Positions 41,001 to 48,249 of a stretch of DNA of 64,000 nt are shown piece by piece. This DNA is from a virus. Below the pieces are notes generated by a model. The model saw nothing but the letters and a program-made list of their open reading frames with translations. It was not told the origin of the DNA and made no database searches. The DNA is taken from the IMG/VR virus record IMGVR_UViG_3300009164_000039; one strand, 5' to 3'. The position numbers and the translations under genes were made by a program. How positions within the stretch are numbered: the stretch's first letter is position 1; each line of letters opens with the position of its first letter.

Positions 41001-43189
41001 TGGCCGATCCAAATGGGTTACCATACCTGGTAAAATTATCCGCTGATGGTTATTATTATCTTGATATCAATGGCAAGCCATTGTTAACCGGATATATGAT
41101 GGTTGCTGGTATACAAGGAAAGAGTTCACTGATTCCGTTCAGCGGAGTTGACGCGGCAATGCAAGGTTATGTGTACGGATACAACTATGATAGTCAAGAG
41201 ACTTATCCTTACACAGTATTCAACGAACCTACACAAGTTACTGGGCTAGGATTAGGGTATATTGGTGAACAAGTGAACGGTATAGCATTCACTGACACCA
41301 CTGACTTTGTTGTCATGGTTGGATCGGGTGGAACACTGTTGTGGAACAGTGTTGATACGGCTTACAAGATTCAAAATGGTACTGGTGTTGCTGCCGATAC
41401 AGTTGGACGCATTATTGTAAACTACCAGCCGGTGAGTTACAAAAACTTCAAGTATTTCTCTGACAGTGAATTTGAATACCCATTGAAGAGAGAAGATGTC
41501 AAACACAACTTCCAGGATATTGTGTACGATGGTGAGAAATACATTGTCACCGGCGATAGAGATATTGTGCTATGGGGATACCCAGACACTAAACCAACAG
41601 GAGACTTTGGATTAACCAGCACCACGTTCATCAACATCAATGCTAATATTGCAGCCGGTGCTACCATGACACTACGATCACAGACCAGTAATGTTACTAT
41701 ACAAACCGCTGGTGTGTTATCACGTGGAGCAAGCATAATTACCACAGCCAACTTAAATCTAGTAAACAGCAATTACATGATCACTGCAATTAATGGTAAT
41801 GCCAGTGCAGTGGTTGGAAATGTCGGCTTCACTGGAAAGTTAATTGGATCAGCTGTGTACGGCGCGGCACGTCATGACTTGGTGACATTTACTAATCCAG
41901 TTACCTCAGCATCGTTTAGTCTCAAAACTTCATTGAATAGTGCAAACGGATCAAGCACACTAAGCTTCACGGCAGCAAACTTGTTCTACCCAAATAATAC
42001 CTGTAAGATCACGACTGGCATGATTATTAGTCATGCCAATGTATCTGCAAGTATCGGAGCCTATGCATTTGTTACCAACTACGGCCCAATGGTTGAGTTT
42101 ACAAACAAAGAGCCTGCATTTACTTGGAAGTATGCACCAGGGTTTAATAGAAATCCTGATTTGGATTTTGTGTCAACTGCAATTAACAGAAATACCATTC
42201 AAATTGACCTACCACTTCAAGCTAATCTAGTGGCTGGCACAACTATCACATTCAACGACACTGCTGGTGCCGCATACAACTTTAACCTGTTGAGCAATGT
42301 TTATATTGGTAGCAACATACTGGCTTTTTCAAATCTTGCAGTGACATCAATTGTTCAATCAGGGTGGACCGTGGCCAACACTGTGTATCCTGCTATACAA
42401 CCAAACAGCAATGTAATCTCATCTGGCACTTACTTGTTCAGTGGTGTGCGCAATCGTCAATTCAAAGACATTCCTGACAATATTCCAGGTACAGAGTATG
42501 CCGGAGTCAAAGTACAAGGCAGTGAGTTTGACGATGCTATTCAACTTGATACGGTTATGTCCAGCGAGTTTGGAGATGATGCACTAGGTGTTCGCGCTGA
42601 AGATATTGTTGTTGATGGTGGTCAATTTATTGACACATATTCAAGTTTTGCACCACAGGAATTAATTCCTGGACGATTAACAGACAACTTACAGATCTCA
42701 GTGTTTACCAATAACCCTGCTAATGTGGCAGCAGTTGCTGGTTACAGAATTAGTTACAATGGCCGCGATCCTGCTACATACTATAGAATCAGCGCAGCCA
42801 ACACAACTACACTGGCTGAAGATTTGCCCTACTCGGCATTGAGTATCAAGCTAACTGATGTAAGTGGATTACCAACGCCAAGTCCGGACCAAAACAAGGC
42901 TGGTGTGTTGTTTGTAAATGGCGAGATGATCAATTACTTTACTATCAACCGAGGCAATAACACAGTTGGACAACTTCGCAGAGGTGTAAACCGTACAGGT
43001 ACACCGTTGATACATAAAGTAGGTAGCTTGGTAACGGATTCGTCTAGACTGTCTTATGTGACACAGGACGTGGCAGTTGCAATCACACAAGACTTTACAG
43101 CCAACAACATGATCAACAATGAGAGCTTGTTCCGTGCTGCGATTGACAAAGAAATTGTACAGGGTCAAACCTGGTACATTGTACCATAA
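26042..43189 (+). CDS. Giant baseplate wedge/fibre-like structural protein (gp7-position, 5715 aa)
   Basis: Single 17.1-kb ORF directly after gp6. Contains many G.GY...P.V.I repeats, about seven FG-GAP-like repeats (approx. 34730-37690), BNR-like AVG..G.IL.S..G..W repeats (approx. 40500-41600) and YI.EVKPY.S.VREY. Confidence 0.85.
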   Translation: MAIIKTIDLLPIVFRSDSNKKFLSATLDQLVSEPNFQRVNGYIGRQFAPTYKAGDSYITEPDKLRQHYQLEPSVVIRDDSNNILHYSNYRDLLNQLKYHGANVTNHDRLFANEQYNFDGSIDFDKFINFSQYYWLPSGPPEVTVTGSNFRNILNYDVKRDTATNSFKFTGFSTDRNPLITLVRGNTYTFDLNSSGNKFWIQTRPGVGGTRSVEAEVNQRDILGVQRNGTDIGQVQFSVPASDAQDFYARAPLATNVDFAIGGTYRSFQNNLLNVINSRGGFDGVIDNIANKTLIFLTRDETAEDWTDPGNFDLDKFDQGPPESSAIPYEAGNLVPEADRYQVWLITLVDVGAGRKVVKLIPRYTVNTNEKVYVREGKTNAGLEYVKNRSGNWDEAPNITAPLDTLYYQDSKNPLMYGTIKLIEPNANFVNVTTEILGKKNYTSPNGIVFTNGLRITFDSTATPVAYIGNSYIVEGVGRAIKLISATNLIVPEGYAISGLTQPDYITVNRASIDQNPWSRSNRWFHSALINLSATYNNAPDQLIVEGLVRATRPIIEFDSDIKLYNFGTQAKAPIDVIDFTVTDAFNQVEGKTSYTVKLPGGQAPKKLTEGTRIIFANDIDPDVRNRIYNVTFITTDTGTQIHLVSLNTTLLPTFKVDSIEVVDSKPYTFIPTVTLTSPLPGLGEETANAQALMSNTTIASFSVSGGGTNYIATPDIQVATAYDVRANTTVVFDTTKKIDYVRITEAGTGYSTIPTITIAHPEAVVRTNANTTVEGNFLRMSAVSSALVGNYIIGEGMPGGSIVSNVNLSDNNVGFSIRTTVTSSGNEYVFKTLGTLGTDYHVQTTTEVFTATLTLDDTALAHEGMYVSGPRIPYGTEVLKVISPTQIEISREVSTTIGDKVVFVGRRATATPKVDGGRILAVTVDYPGAGYFAQPSYSITAPASGPTATFYLVMSDQFIRYITLDTAGSGYQLTANNSVNIINTVSSVTSTATVNGATQIEFATADEISSVGAGWLCFYVIKSAAGIKYGDFALNTYTDRAITGPELKGTISTYRDYMDIALTSSTVYTVTGVDSNVVNLDKAVEILDEDGNLIDLPAGSELVFTCQSRYFTDDLTGSGAPVGDFQTYQTAVDIDSSTTVPVLTAQGLQPGMLISDEYGSIPDGIKIISVDYITNTIVVSGELRVSANTPFRVSQSALVKVTYQPSTIESIIVTVPGRGYTSAPLVTIQPTVPAVTVVGEQSETTDSYYVVVESLVGILVGSRVTSDYDGFGIGITVGDTIPEVQELITTIDAVGVETYKVRLDVLQPPFISRNITFTYASEAIARVAPINNIDITSIDTTPDTYDAGNNVLLTTPTNIQQLITDVPVYHEYWYNGTSWQPGQQKTGYTQSPLFDIFDDTGVSVADADSYPGSKFVGTKIFGYKIGTGSIDSVLGVPLSYRNFQAVGDIQFQNYWDTDQFNYLVGSTEQTVTVNTFYLKETSADGSASYRNIWRKTSEKTHQYQVINHVFDDRTNYFEIDVLPIDSLTVPYIKVYLNNNLLSESSFSIESVGVRTAVVIEPALLSTGAKVDIRIYSNSISKLGYYEIPSNLDNNSSNSNFEVLTLGQMRNHYTTMAENNYGLEGVVLGSNNVRDIDIKSWAGSILQHASPIPLANVFLLQREFNLVEAVELAQKEYTKFKNRFSELAITQQNTILDIPKAVDAILEQMNSAKSTYSPWYDSDMLPWGTKYRTELLYPVINVQQRIYQIPTFYDDKLVSNRAVLVYLVNKVTGEDRLLVKDTDYSFSTTTAGILLSDSLLLTVNNVVKVLYFNSTEGNYVPETPTKLGLYPKFKPQIFEDTTYQNPVRVIQGHDGSLTPVFNDFRDQMLLEIETRIYNNIKVNYAENIFDLYEFIPGKFRKTAYDRKEFTRVLTKNFLKWLGTNQVDYADSSFFQSNNAWTWNYKKLKDRIDGENLPGFWRGIYQYFYDTDRPNLMPWEMLGFSERPDWWVARYGNAPYTGGNNVLWADLEQGYIYSGSRTGIDLRFARPGLSKLIPVDEYGLLISPEKLFPKQFNGRNLGGAFAIGDQAPAETAWRRSSDFPYAMQIALMLTNPAYYFGSLVNTHAYYRNINLDQLVVRNNKQRLTKDTVEIPNVGSNGDPVVHTSGYINWVRDFLVNRGIDPAPKIKSYLKNVNVNLSYATAGFADKNYLNVLAEQGSPTYNNESVIIPDENYEVYLHKSAPVNRAVYSAVIIEKGDNGWKVTGYDLANPYFTIVPSEAQGRSYQISVAGTGATIYRDYRSVKITVPYGHEFNSRQQVVDFLVAHGRYMVSQGFVFDTMNNDMASKQDWILSAKEFLTWSQQGWQSGNILVLSPAFNNLKVQGAMSVVDFVENRTSGSKVLDQNFQIIRNNQFSITRSDNVFTFTANFGQTIGYAEFNLVQYEHILVFDNETVFNDVIYKPAEGIRQFRFKLVGNKTGNWTGALNPPGFMYNSTTIQTWKADITYKKGDFVDVNGIVYLALIDIDATQKFEFSSSWQEVNRKDIKTGLLPNFASLAQKFENIYDVDNLPAAEDLRKFSNGLIGFRQRQFFSDFSLSDESQVKFYQGYITQKGTLDSITALTRATFNNITSEIEVFEEWAVRVGEYGALDSDQSVEVLLKESQLTDDPTTLILLDNADADVPGAVPIRTNDMYQIPVDYSKNIIPTRASYQPQITDFVTAGYVNLDDINGTIFDIQNFSELVNVLPDIGSGYKLWVAKDFSSSWNVYRVTETNNLVTSLTYNLDNFMIVGFDNPHDFVVGEVMGIKGFDTDFDGFYQVIGIDGLKSVLTIATRNIDVLKSAQTITDTGVLFRLKSVRFNLASDINNFTPPNGWKDADRVWIDNNDAINSWAVYQKANAWKTAGNLVLRPGEYTSDEGYGRAVSTNYDNTLLMVGSPLNNSGQVAKINISDPGQNYGSTVVSFSYPDRETGGIRAQGTALRESGTILQANLVTGGSGFTKIPTVIISDFSNLTSTSTRVGSPYVNVASTSTLKVLDRVTSANLANVSNTVVTEIVSTTNVRLNAATTISTGDWVRFDRGTNGNVQARLTPTSIASISIINGGSGYVTAPAIEIIGGGGTGVVANTVITAGVITACYVISNGAGFTEPPAVRVISPTISLATNLVAVLTSTSVASLEVINKGLSIESSYSGYSSNATIAITAVAGDTGVGATGNIRVSYLSIGGIEISVQGQGYLEPPSITITDLTAVGTGFAANTVLTTGVVKTFLRNKETLAYSQIDTIRAFGPDAGEFGADIKMGVYSSAIGAPGSFSDRGTVTLFQFAGGVSWNTQQILQPVSTNAGARFGESVAMSKDENWLYVGAPGINRVYAYAQKQTSLSRTTITLAGGASTYFINLPGATQTAEVSIVGDSGKVYQPGLEFSLIGSTLSFVSLAVLARDTKLFVAQQSNTTTIRCNTSITTYALSSLPESVDAITVIDSSGRIFVPQAEYYLNGQNLVFRNSAELVAVTITVRPLLTYYTLMGTIAPPETIESSAKFGASLATTEYGYQLLIGAPDASVNGVIRAGRAYAYDRNYELFQAFGNNRSFNAREALKQVTRVTVDGIAKVESVDYTKSGSTIVFDAIPDSGSLVRIDLNDFNLIQKLTPPDPVTQGRFGASVTISDDNTGLFVGSPGYNLPGYYFGSVYRYVNRGKVYGDAASTISTASILLAVGDTIRINEQHVSVGLTSGEDFINQINAIGIPGVVAANINGNVVITGDNVLTNNKLDILPSDGAVLADLGLSVYSYIQEIRHPGVGNPERFGSKIKISDNLETLVISSEQGATLKITTFDELTTTFDKTTTSLLDALKQAGAVYVYDFLSVPNDSLAQPSQFVFSQVLQNAYINARDNFGSSLDINKDVIIIGAEFNDNFGNNTGLVHIFTNPDLKKSWTVTRNRTDKVDTNHVNKIFAYDTRTQTIVAQFDYLDPVKGKILGVADQDIDYKTVDDPATYNLGAEARVNIDATGPWGDFQLGQVWWDLSTVKYIDYEQDTVSYRAINWGATFPGSSIDVYEWVSSDFLPSQYITIGGDGVPKHPADTAYVRRAYIDDATGLARVKYYFWVKNKRSITFNATRRTNSVTGIADLIANPASQDIPYVSFIQSNAFNVYNSKSLLQGDYIALHIEYSKVQNSNIVHSEFQLVQQNNPKSKIPTRVINKIVDSISGEDSVGNIVPDLRLPAAGRVGLSLRPRQTLILDNEAATKVFVSFVNSVFASYQVVGKFDLANMLDNEAIPASDSGWYHIEIDIIDQLMYIPTEQLLVGTRSTSGFRVLVDRDSTYQNFWTIYEWQGVVKGWVLIRIQSYDNSRYWSYVNWYATGYNDTVLIDTVVNTVNDISTLNLTSGQIVKVLDNGLGNYEIYEIDSTLRAIPVISEKGTIEVTADAFDVLKAKIGFDNSAFDSQGFSKNAAQELRNIFVAIYNEIFVNDLQGKTNELFFSLVNYIFTEQRSLDWILKTSFLTVAHKLRKLLQFPAFIKDNQDYYQQYIDEVKPYRSQVREYVLNYEGVDESYSKTTDFDFYSYYDKAQSARRNLDTNNADDRAVIRATNRSDWYSSYSYQIQEIVITRSGSGYTVAPAVTVTGGGGSGAKAQAILGAVGTATEGQIIGVELLNAGTGFTSTPTVEFAISSGTGVSAYARLSVPAGTVIAPNDIRNRMVRNISTKLKFDRVSYYATGVRPWISYTTYSAGQVITVNDQKTIEFANYPGDRFPGTRRAYLLNQNFLGASILNEKTLQDSTQATLLDGSYFDNANDRLMAYWQPGSTDLGTVFWSEDAMRVRESDVKTSLQSLYTRIERVAHSTLSPVSSNFAYMAVGFDGAILASVDGKHWVDANTVEISTNLRGVENYGGVYWVAVGAQATVLLSENGLDWGSFAVQSFYYSPVGSGASAQTPALGLPYGLVSENTQSSVDFTDLTTFTSTAATYAVAVGNNGTILINPFTTFTGLIPSWYSVTPQGVTSAQNTQYLRVINKATGYLADPNGLPYLVKLSADGYYYLDINGKPLLTGYMMVAGIQGKSSLIPFSGVDAAMQGYVYGYNYDSQETYPYTVFNEPTQVTGLGLGYIGEQVNGIAFTDTTDFVVMVGSGGTLLWNSVDTAYKIQNGTGVAADTVGRIIVNYQPVSYKNFKYFSDSEFEYPLKREDVKHNFQDIVYDGEKYIVTGDRDIVLWGYPDTKPTGDFGLTSTTFININANIAAGATMTLRSQTSNVTIQTAGVLSRGASIITTANLNLVNSNYMITAINGNASAVVGNVGFTGKLIGSAVYGAARHDLVTFTNPVTSASFSLKTSLNSANGSSTLSFTAANLFYPNNTCKITTGMIISHANVSASIGAYAFVTNYGPMVEFTNKEPAFTWKYAPGFNRNPDLDFVSTAINRNTIQIDLPLQANLVAGTTITFNDTAGAAYNFNLLSNVYIGSNILAFSNLAVTSIVQSGWTVANTVYPAIQPNSNVISSGTYLFSGVRNRQFKDIPDNIPGTEYAGVKVQGSEFDDAIQLDTVMSSEFGDDALGVRAEDIVVDGGQFIDTYSSFAPQELIPGRLTDNLQISVFTNNPANVAAVAGYRISYNGRDPATYYRISAANTTTLAEDLPYSALSIKLTDVSGLPTPSPDQNKAGVLFVNGEMINYFTINRGNNTVGQLRRGVNRTGTPLIHKVGSLVTDSSRLSYVTQDVAVAITQDFTANNMINNESLFRAAIDKEIVQGQTWYIVP

Positions 43190-43198
43190 GGCAAAAAA

Positions 43199-43564
43199 AT
43201 GAGTGTAACCGTATTAGCAACTGGACTTTTTCAAAGCAACACGCTGGCCGCACAAAATGTGCGATCATCATTGAGTTACAGCCCAGACATTGATCCAAGA
43301 CTGCCCAAGCATACTGTGACCAGTTCGTTGCTGGTAGTGACTCCAAACACTGCAATTAGTACAACCCTGGTACTTGGTGATATTAGTTTAGTATCACAGC
43401 CAGCTGTTGGAAACCTAGGCTACCTGCGTGTGGGCGGAACTGTATGGAGTTACGCCAATGTACACACAGCAAATGCCACAGTAAGTGGGCTAGCCAACGT
43501 ACAAGTTCGTCCAGCGTCAAATGTGGCAATCGCCACAGTGGTCAGCGTACTTGGAACCAGGTAA
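43199..43564 (+). CDS. Hypothetical structural protein (121 aa)
   Basis: Co-oriented ORF filling the gap between the giant protein and the next gene; Val/Thr/Ser-rich. Confidence 0.7.
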   Translation: MSVTVLATGLFQSNTLAAQNVRSSLSYSPDIDPRLPKHTVTSSLLVVTPNTAISTTLVLGDISLVSQPAVGNLGYLRVGGTVWSYANVHTANATVSGLANVQVRPASNVAIATVVSVLGTR

Positions 43565-43585
43565 ACTTTTATGCTAAATAACGAT

Positions 43586-44284
43586 ATGAACCCAAAAGTG
43601 GAAAAACTGGACACATCTGAAATGCAAGAACTTGATCAAAACGCGGAACAAAAAAAGCCCGATGACGTAGGTGGTGTACATCTACAGGGCCATATCAAAA
43701 TCTGGAATCCAGAAACTGGCGAAATTTTTGTAAACAAGCGCAATGCTATTCATTATGAAAACATGAGCGAAGCCATTGCCTATGCTCTTAGCCATAGAGA
43801 TGCACGTTTTATGTACGAAATGCACTTTGGTAACGGTGGCACCGCAGTAGACGCAACAGGTGTGATCACCTATTTGCAACCAAACACAACCAGCCAAAAT
43901 GCCGCACTGTACAACCCAACATTTGCAAAAATTGTTGATGACACAGACACAGTAAACAACCCAGACCCAGACAATAACAAAATGGAAATCAGGCATGTGC
44001 CCGGTAACCCATATTCGGATATCTTAATCACGTGTTTGCTGGACTATGGTGAGCCTGCTACTCAAGCAGTGTTTGACAACAGCACTACATTAAACGACAC
44101 ATTCACTTTTGACGAGTTAGGAATCAAGGCAAAATCCACTGACGGTACAACTGGTGTAACATCAACAGGTAAACTACTTACCCATGTTATTTTTCACCCA
44201 GTACAGAAATCACTCAACCGCTTGGTACAAATCGACTATACTGTGAGGATCCAGACTCTAACCAATCTGAGCACAATAGGATAA
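43586..44284 (+). CDS. Conserved virion structural protein (likely start 43586; ORF track gives 43571)
   Basis: GHIKIWNPETGEIFVNKRNAIHYEN, FGNGGT, LDYGEP, FDELG and LLTHVIFHPVQKSLNR..QIDYTVRIQ. CTAAATA at 43574-43580 suggests a promoter and the later ATG. Confidence 0.78.
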   Translation: MNPKVEKLDTSEMQELDQNAEQKKPDDVGGVHLQGHIKIWNPETGEIFVNKRNAIHYENMSEAIAYALSHRDARFMYEMHFGNGGTAVDATGVITYLQPNTTSQNAALYNPTFAKIVDDTDTVNNPDPDNNKMEIRHVPGNPYSDILITCLLDYGEPATQAVFDNSTTLNDTFTFDELGIKAKSTDGTTGVTSTGKLLTHVIFHPVQKSLNRLVQIDYTVRIQTLTNLSTIG

Positions 44285-44290
44285 TAACAA

Positions 44291-46885
44291 ATGGCAAATT
44301 ACAGTATACGCAACACTAGAGGACAGATTATTGCTAACGTGGCAGATACCACGTTGGATTCAACTACCGCAGTTTATTTGGTAGGTCGTAACTATTCAGG
44401 TTACGGTATCTACTTGAATGACAACAGCGTGAGGTTGATGGAAAACTTTGCATCTAACACTGCTCCAAGCAATCCACTAGAAGGTCAAATCTGGTACAAC
44501 ACCGGCGTTGATCGAATGAAGTGGTGGGATGGAGTAACTTGGAAACAGGTACAAAGTACAGAAGTAGCAGACACAAATCCAACGTCAATTGGCCGTCAAG
44601 ATGGCGACATGTGGTATGATATCACAGCTGAACAGTTGAAAGTTTGGAATGCAAGCCCAAGTGGTAATCTGACCCTGGCACGTTGGGACACAATTGGCCC
44701 GCAGTACACAGCAGGTACACCAAAGTCGGGTGTGTTTGTTGAAACTATTTACGATACTGGCATGATCCCACACTATGTTCTGGCCAGCTATGCCAACGGT
44801 AGCATTGTTACTATCTTGAATCCTGATGCAGAATTTACACCCACGCCAGGCAATGTAGTTGCTGGGTTTGACACAATCAAACGTGGTCTACAAATGACTG
44901 CTAACATTGGTCCATATACTTTTGCTGGCACAGCCAACAACTCAATTGAGCTAGGCAGCATCCACAACAGTTTTTATCTACGCAGTAACGCAACTGCTAA
45001 TTTTTCTAACATTGCACCAGTGTACATTACCAGCAACACTGGATTGACATTTGGCGAAGCAACAACAGCCAATGTGCGAGTAGACTACAGCACAGGCGAT
45101 TTGATTGTGCAAAATATTGGCAGTGGTGGCAAAATAAGTTTGTTGTCGCGTTCAGCAGCCAATGCAGATGTACGTGCTTTGTATATTGACAGCGGTAATG
45201 TTATCCTTAACGATGACCCAACTGGCGACCTACATGCAGTGACCAAGCGTTATGTTGACGTTCGTGTTGCTGCCACAAATCAAAATATTGACAACAACGT
45301 CACGGTGTTAACCTCGTATATTACTGCGGCCAACGCTCAGATTTCACAACAGTGGTCAAATGCCGCAACTCAGCAATCACAAATTAACCTACGTGCAACA
45401 ATTGATAGTCCTGCACTAACAGGTAATCCAACTGCACCAACTCCGTCTATAGGTGACAACGACACCAGCATTGCAACCACTGCATTTGTATTTGAAGCCA
45501 ACGCAGGTGTACGTGCCGCATTGTTAAGCAACACAGCAGCCATTGCCAATGATGTAAAAACAAATTATGCACCATTAGCAAGTCCTGCGTTGATTGGTAC
45601 ACCTACTGCTCCAACTGCCGCAATCAGTGCCAACACCACACAGATTGCAACCACAGCATTTGTGTCAACTTCAGTTGACCAACTAAACAGCACAGTTACA
45701 GCGGCGCTGTCTCTAAAAGCACCACTGGCAAGTCCAGCGTTGACTGGAACTCCTGTTGCGCCGACCGCAACAGCAGGTACAAACACAACACAATTGGCAA
45801 CAACTGCATTTGTGTTCCAAGCCAATGCTGGATTGTTAGCACGTACACTGGCCAACACAGGTGCTATTGCAAACGATTTAAGAACAAACTATGCTCCACT
45901 AGCAAGTCCCGCATTAACAGGCGCACCAACTGCACCTACCGCAAGCTCTGCTACCAACACCACACAAATTGCATCAACTGCATTTGTTGGCACAGCAATT
46001 GATAATTTGAATACTGCGGTACAGAATGCATTGAATTTGAAGGCACCATTGGCAAGTCCTGCATTAACAGGCAACGCAACAGCGCCAACTGCTGCCGCTG
46101 GTACCAACACAACACAATTGGCAACAACTGCATTTGTGTTTCAAGCCAATGCAGGTGTACTAGCTCGTGTGCTAGCAAACACAGGTGCTATTGCCGACGA
46201 CCTAGTAACCAACTATGCTCCACTAGCAAGTCCTGCACTGACAGGAACACCAACTGTACCAACTGCAAGCTCAAGTACCAATACCACACAAGTTGCGAGT
46301 ACTGCGTTTGTAGGCACAGCAATTGACGCATTGAATACCGCAGTGACAAACGCATTGAGTTTGAAAGCACCGCTGGCAAGTCCTGCATTGACAGGTACAC
46401 CAACTGCACCAAATGCCGCAGTTGGTACCAACACCACACAGATTGCAACCACTGCATTTGTACAAACTGCCAACGTTGGACTACGTGCCAACTTGCTGGC
46501 CAACACAGCTCTTATTGCAAGTGATCTAGCAACCAATTATGCATTAAAAGCAAGTCCTGCACTAACAGGTACACCAACTGCTCCAACTGCTACTGCTGGT
46601 ACAAACACCACACAAGTTGCTACCACAGCCTATGCTGACACTGCTGTAAGCACATTGAGTAGTACGGTGACCACGGCATTGAATCTAAAAGCGGCACTAG
46701 CAAGTCCTGCACTGACAGGTACACCAACTGCTCCTACTGCTGATGCATCAGACAAGTCAACAAAAATTGCTACCACTGCATTTGTACAAGCAAACGCAAT
46801 GTGGCAGGGTTCTCGCAAGCTGGTCAGTACTGTAGCACCAGGTGCTGGCGACGGGAACAACGGTGATATTTGGTTCCAGGTGTAA
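44291..46885 (+). CDS. Tail fibre protein 1 (864 aa)
   Basis: N-terminal GRNYSGYG..LN.N...LMENF...P.NP..GQIWY module and nine SPAL(T/I)G.PTAPT...TTQ.ATTAFV fibre repeats. Confidence 0.85.
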   Translation: MANYSIRNTRGQIIANVADTTLDSTTAVYLVGRNYSGYGIYLNDNSVRLMENFASNTAPSNPLEGQIWYNTGVDRMKWWDGVTWKQVQSTEVADTNPTSIGRQDGDMWYDITAEQLKVWNASPSGNLTLARWDTIGPQYTAGTPKSGVFVETIYDTGMIPHYVLASYANGSIVTILNPDAEFTPTPGNVVAGFDTIKRGLQMTANIGPYTFAGTANNSIELGSIHNSFYLRSNATANFSNIAPVYITSNTGLTFGEATTANVRVDYSTGDLIVQNIGSGGKISLLSRSAANADVRALYIDSGNVILNDDPTGDLHAVTKRYVDVRVAATNQNIDNNVTVLTSYITAANAQISQQWSNAATQQSQINLRATIDSPALTGNPTAPTPSIGDNDTSIATTAFVFEANAGVRAALLSNTAAIANDVKTNYAPLASPALIGTPTAPTAAISANTTQIATTAFVSTSVDQLNSTVTAALSLKAPLASPALTGTPVAPTATAGTNTTQLATTAFVFQANAGLLARTLANTGAIANDLRTNYAPLASPALTGAPTAPTASSATNTTQIASTAFVGTAIDNLNTAVQNALNLKAPLASPALTGNATAPTAAAGTNTTQLATTAFVFQANAGVLARVLANTGAIADDLVTNYAPLASPALTGTPTVPTASSSTNTTQVASTAFVGTAIDALNTAVTNALSLKAPLASPALTGTPTAPNAAVGTNTTQIATTAFVQTANVGLRANLLANTALIASDLATNYALKASPALTGTPTAPTATAGTNTTQVATTAYADTAVSTLSSTVTTALNLKAALASPALTGTPTAPTADASDKSTKIATTAFVQANAMWQGSRKLVSTVAPGAGDGNNGDIWFQV
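45407..46790 (+). repeat. Coding tandem repeat: nine units alternating 174 and 150 nt (324-nt higher-order period)
   Basis: agtcc motif starts at 45407, 45581, 45731, 45905, 46055, 46229, 46379, 46553 and 46703. Confidence 0.92.
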
Positions 46886-46888
46886 CAC

Positions 46889-48220
46889 ATGCCTAGATCA
46901 GGACTTACCCGGATTAAGGATAGCGGCACTTGGAAGTCGCTAAAAGGACTTTGGATCAAGGACAAAGGCGCATGGTCGCCTGTTCAAAACGCCTGGACCA
47001 AAGTCAACGGAGTATGGACCAAAGTATATCCTACTCCAATTGCCATTGGGTCAAGTACTCCTACCAGCGCAACGTTTAGTGTTTATACCAGTGAAACATC
47101 TGGGTCACAATCATTTACTATTAACAATACTGGTGACGAAGATCTTATTGTAAAAGCAGTAGCAAATACAGCCACTGGGTTTACCATAAATTTTGACTGG
47201 ACAACATTTGGCGGTGCACCGACTGCACTAAATCAAATTACCATACCTCCAGGCACAACCAAGTCTTTTTCTGTCACTGTCACTGCTGGAGTAAGCACCG
47301 GTGCAAAGTCTGGATCGTTTACATTAACAGCCAATGCAGGTACGCTGGGCGACACTACCATTACTGCAAGTTTGTCAGTAACAGTACTGCAACGATATAG
47401 CCGTGCAAGCTCAGTGGCTTCTTTGAACTTTGCATACGACAGTAACTCAGCATTGCCGGCTCAATTGATACGTATTACAAACATAGGCAATCAAACATTA
47501 AACGTGACCGGAGTAGTTGGAGCAAAGTTTACATACACTGGTGTACCAACAACTATAGCCGCTGGTAGTTTTGCAACATTTACAGCAACGTATATTGCAA
47601 CCAATATAGCTGGTGCCAAATCGGGCACAATAACAATCAACAGTGACAGCGACCAAGGCGCAGTGGTAATTAATTGCACCATGACAGAGGTGCGGCATGC
47701 CACGGTTAGAGATAGTATTGCCGGCACAAGATCGTTTACAGTTCCTTACGGAATCACGTCGTTAACTTACACTCTCAAAGGTGGAGGCGGAGGCGGAGGC
47801 GGCGCAGCCGACAACGAAGAGCCAGTACAACTTGGCGGCGGTGGTGGCGAAGGTGGTACCAGCACAGGTACAATGACAGTTACCGCAGGGCAATCTGTTT
47901 CCTACACAGTGGGTGCTGGTGGTGCTGGTGGCGGAGTTCCTGGAACAGGTGCAACTGGCGTAACATCAACAATGAATTCCACCAATGCACCAGGTGGTGC
48001 TGGTGGTGCCTCCTCGGGTGTGGGCGGCGCAGGCGGTGTGGGTAGTACAAACACCGGCGGTAAAGGCAGTAACGGACAATATTGGACAGATTCATCATCT
48101 GTATCACAAGGTGGCGCAGGAGCTGGAAACGGTGGCGCAGGTGGCGGATATAATGAAAATGCTGAACAGGGATTACCGGGCACAGCAGGCACAGCAGGCT
48201 ATGTGGAAATACGCTATTAA
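46889..48220 (+). CDS. Fibre-associated protein with Ig-like (ASH-type) domains and glycine-rich C-terminal domain (443 aa)
   Basis: Trp-rich N-terminus (KDSGTWK...KGAWS...NGVWTKVY), FTINNTGDEDL and IRITNIGNQTL Ig-like strands, FTVPYGITS...GGGGGGG domain. Confidence 0.7.
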   Translation: MPRSGLTRIKDSGTWKSLKGLWIKDKGAWSPVQNAWTKVNGVWTKVYPTPIAIGSSTPTSATFSVYTSETSGSQSFTINNTGDEDLIVKAVANTATGFTINFDWTTFGGAPTALNQITIPPGTTKSFSVTVTAGVSTGAKSGSFTLTANAGTLGDTTITASLSVTVLQRYSRASSVASLNFAYDSNSALPAQLIRITNIGNQTLNVTGVVGAKFTYTGVPTTIAAGSFATFTATYIATNIAGAKSGTITINSDSDQGAVVINCTMTEVRHATVRDSIAGTRSFTVPYGITSLTYTLKGGGGGGGGAADNEEPVQLGGGGGEGGTSTGTMTVTAGQSVSYTVGAGGAGGGVPGTGATGVTSTMNSTNAPGGAGGASSGVGGAGGVGSTNTGGKGSNGQYWTDSSSVSQGGAGAGNGGAGGGYNENAEQGLPGTAGTAGYVEIRY

Positions 48221-48249
48221 ATCATAATAATATGCTTTTTAATATGCCC

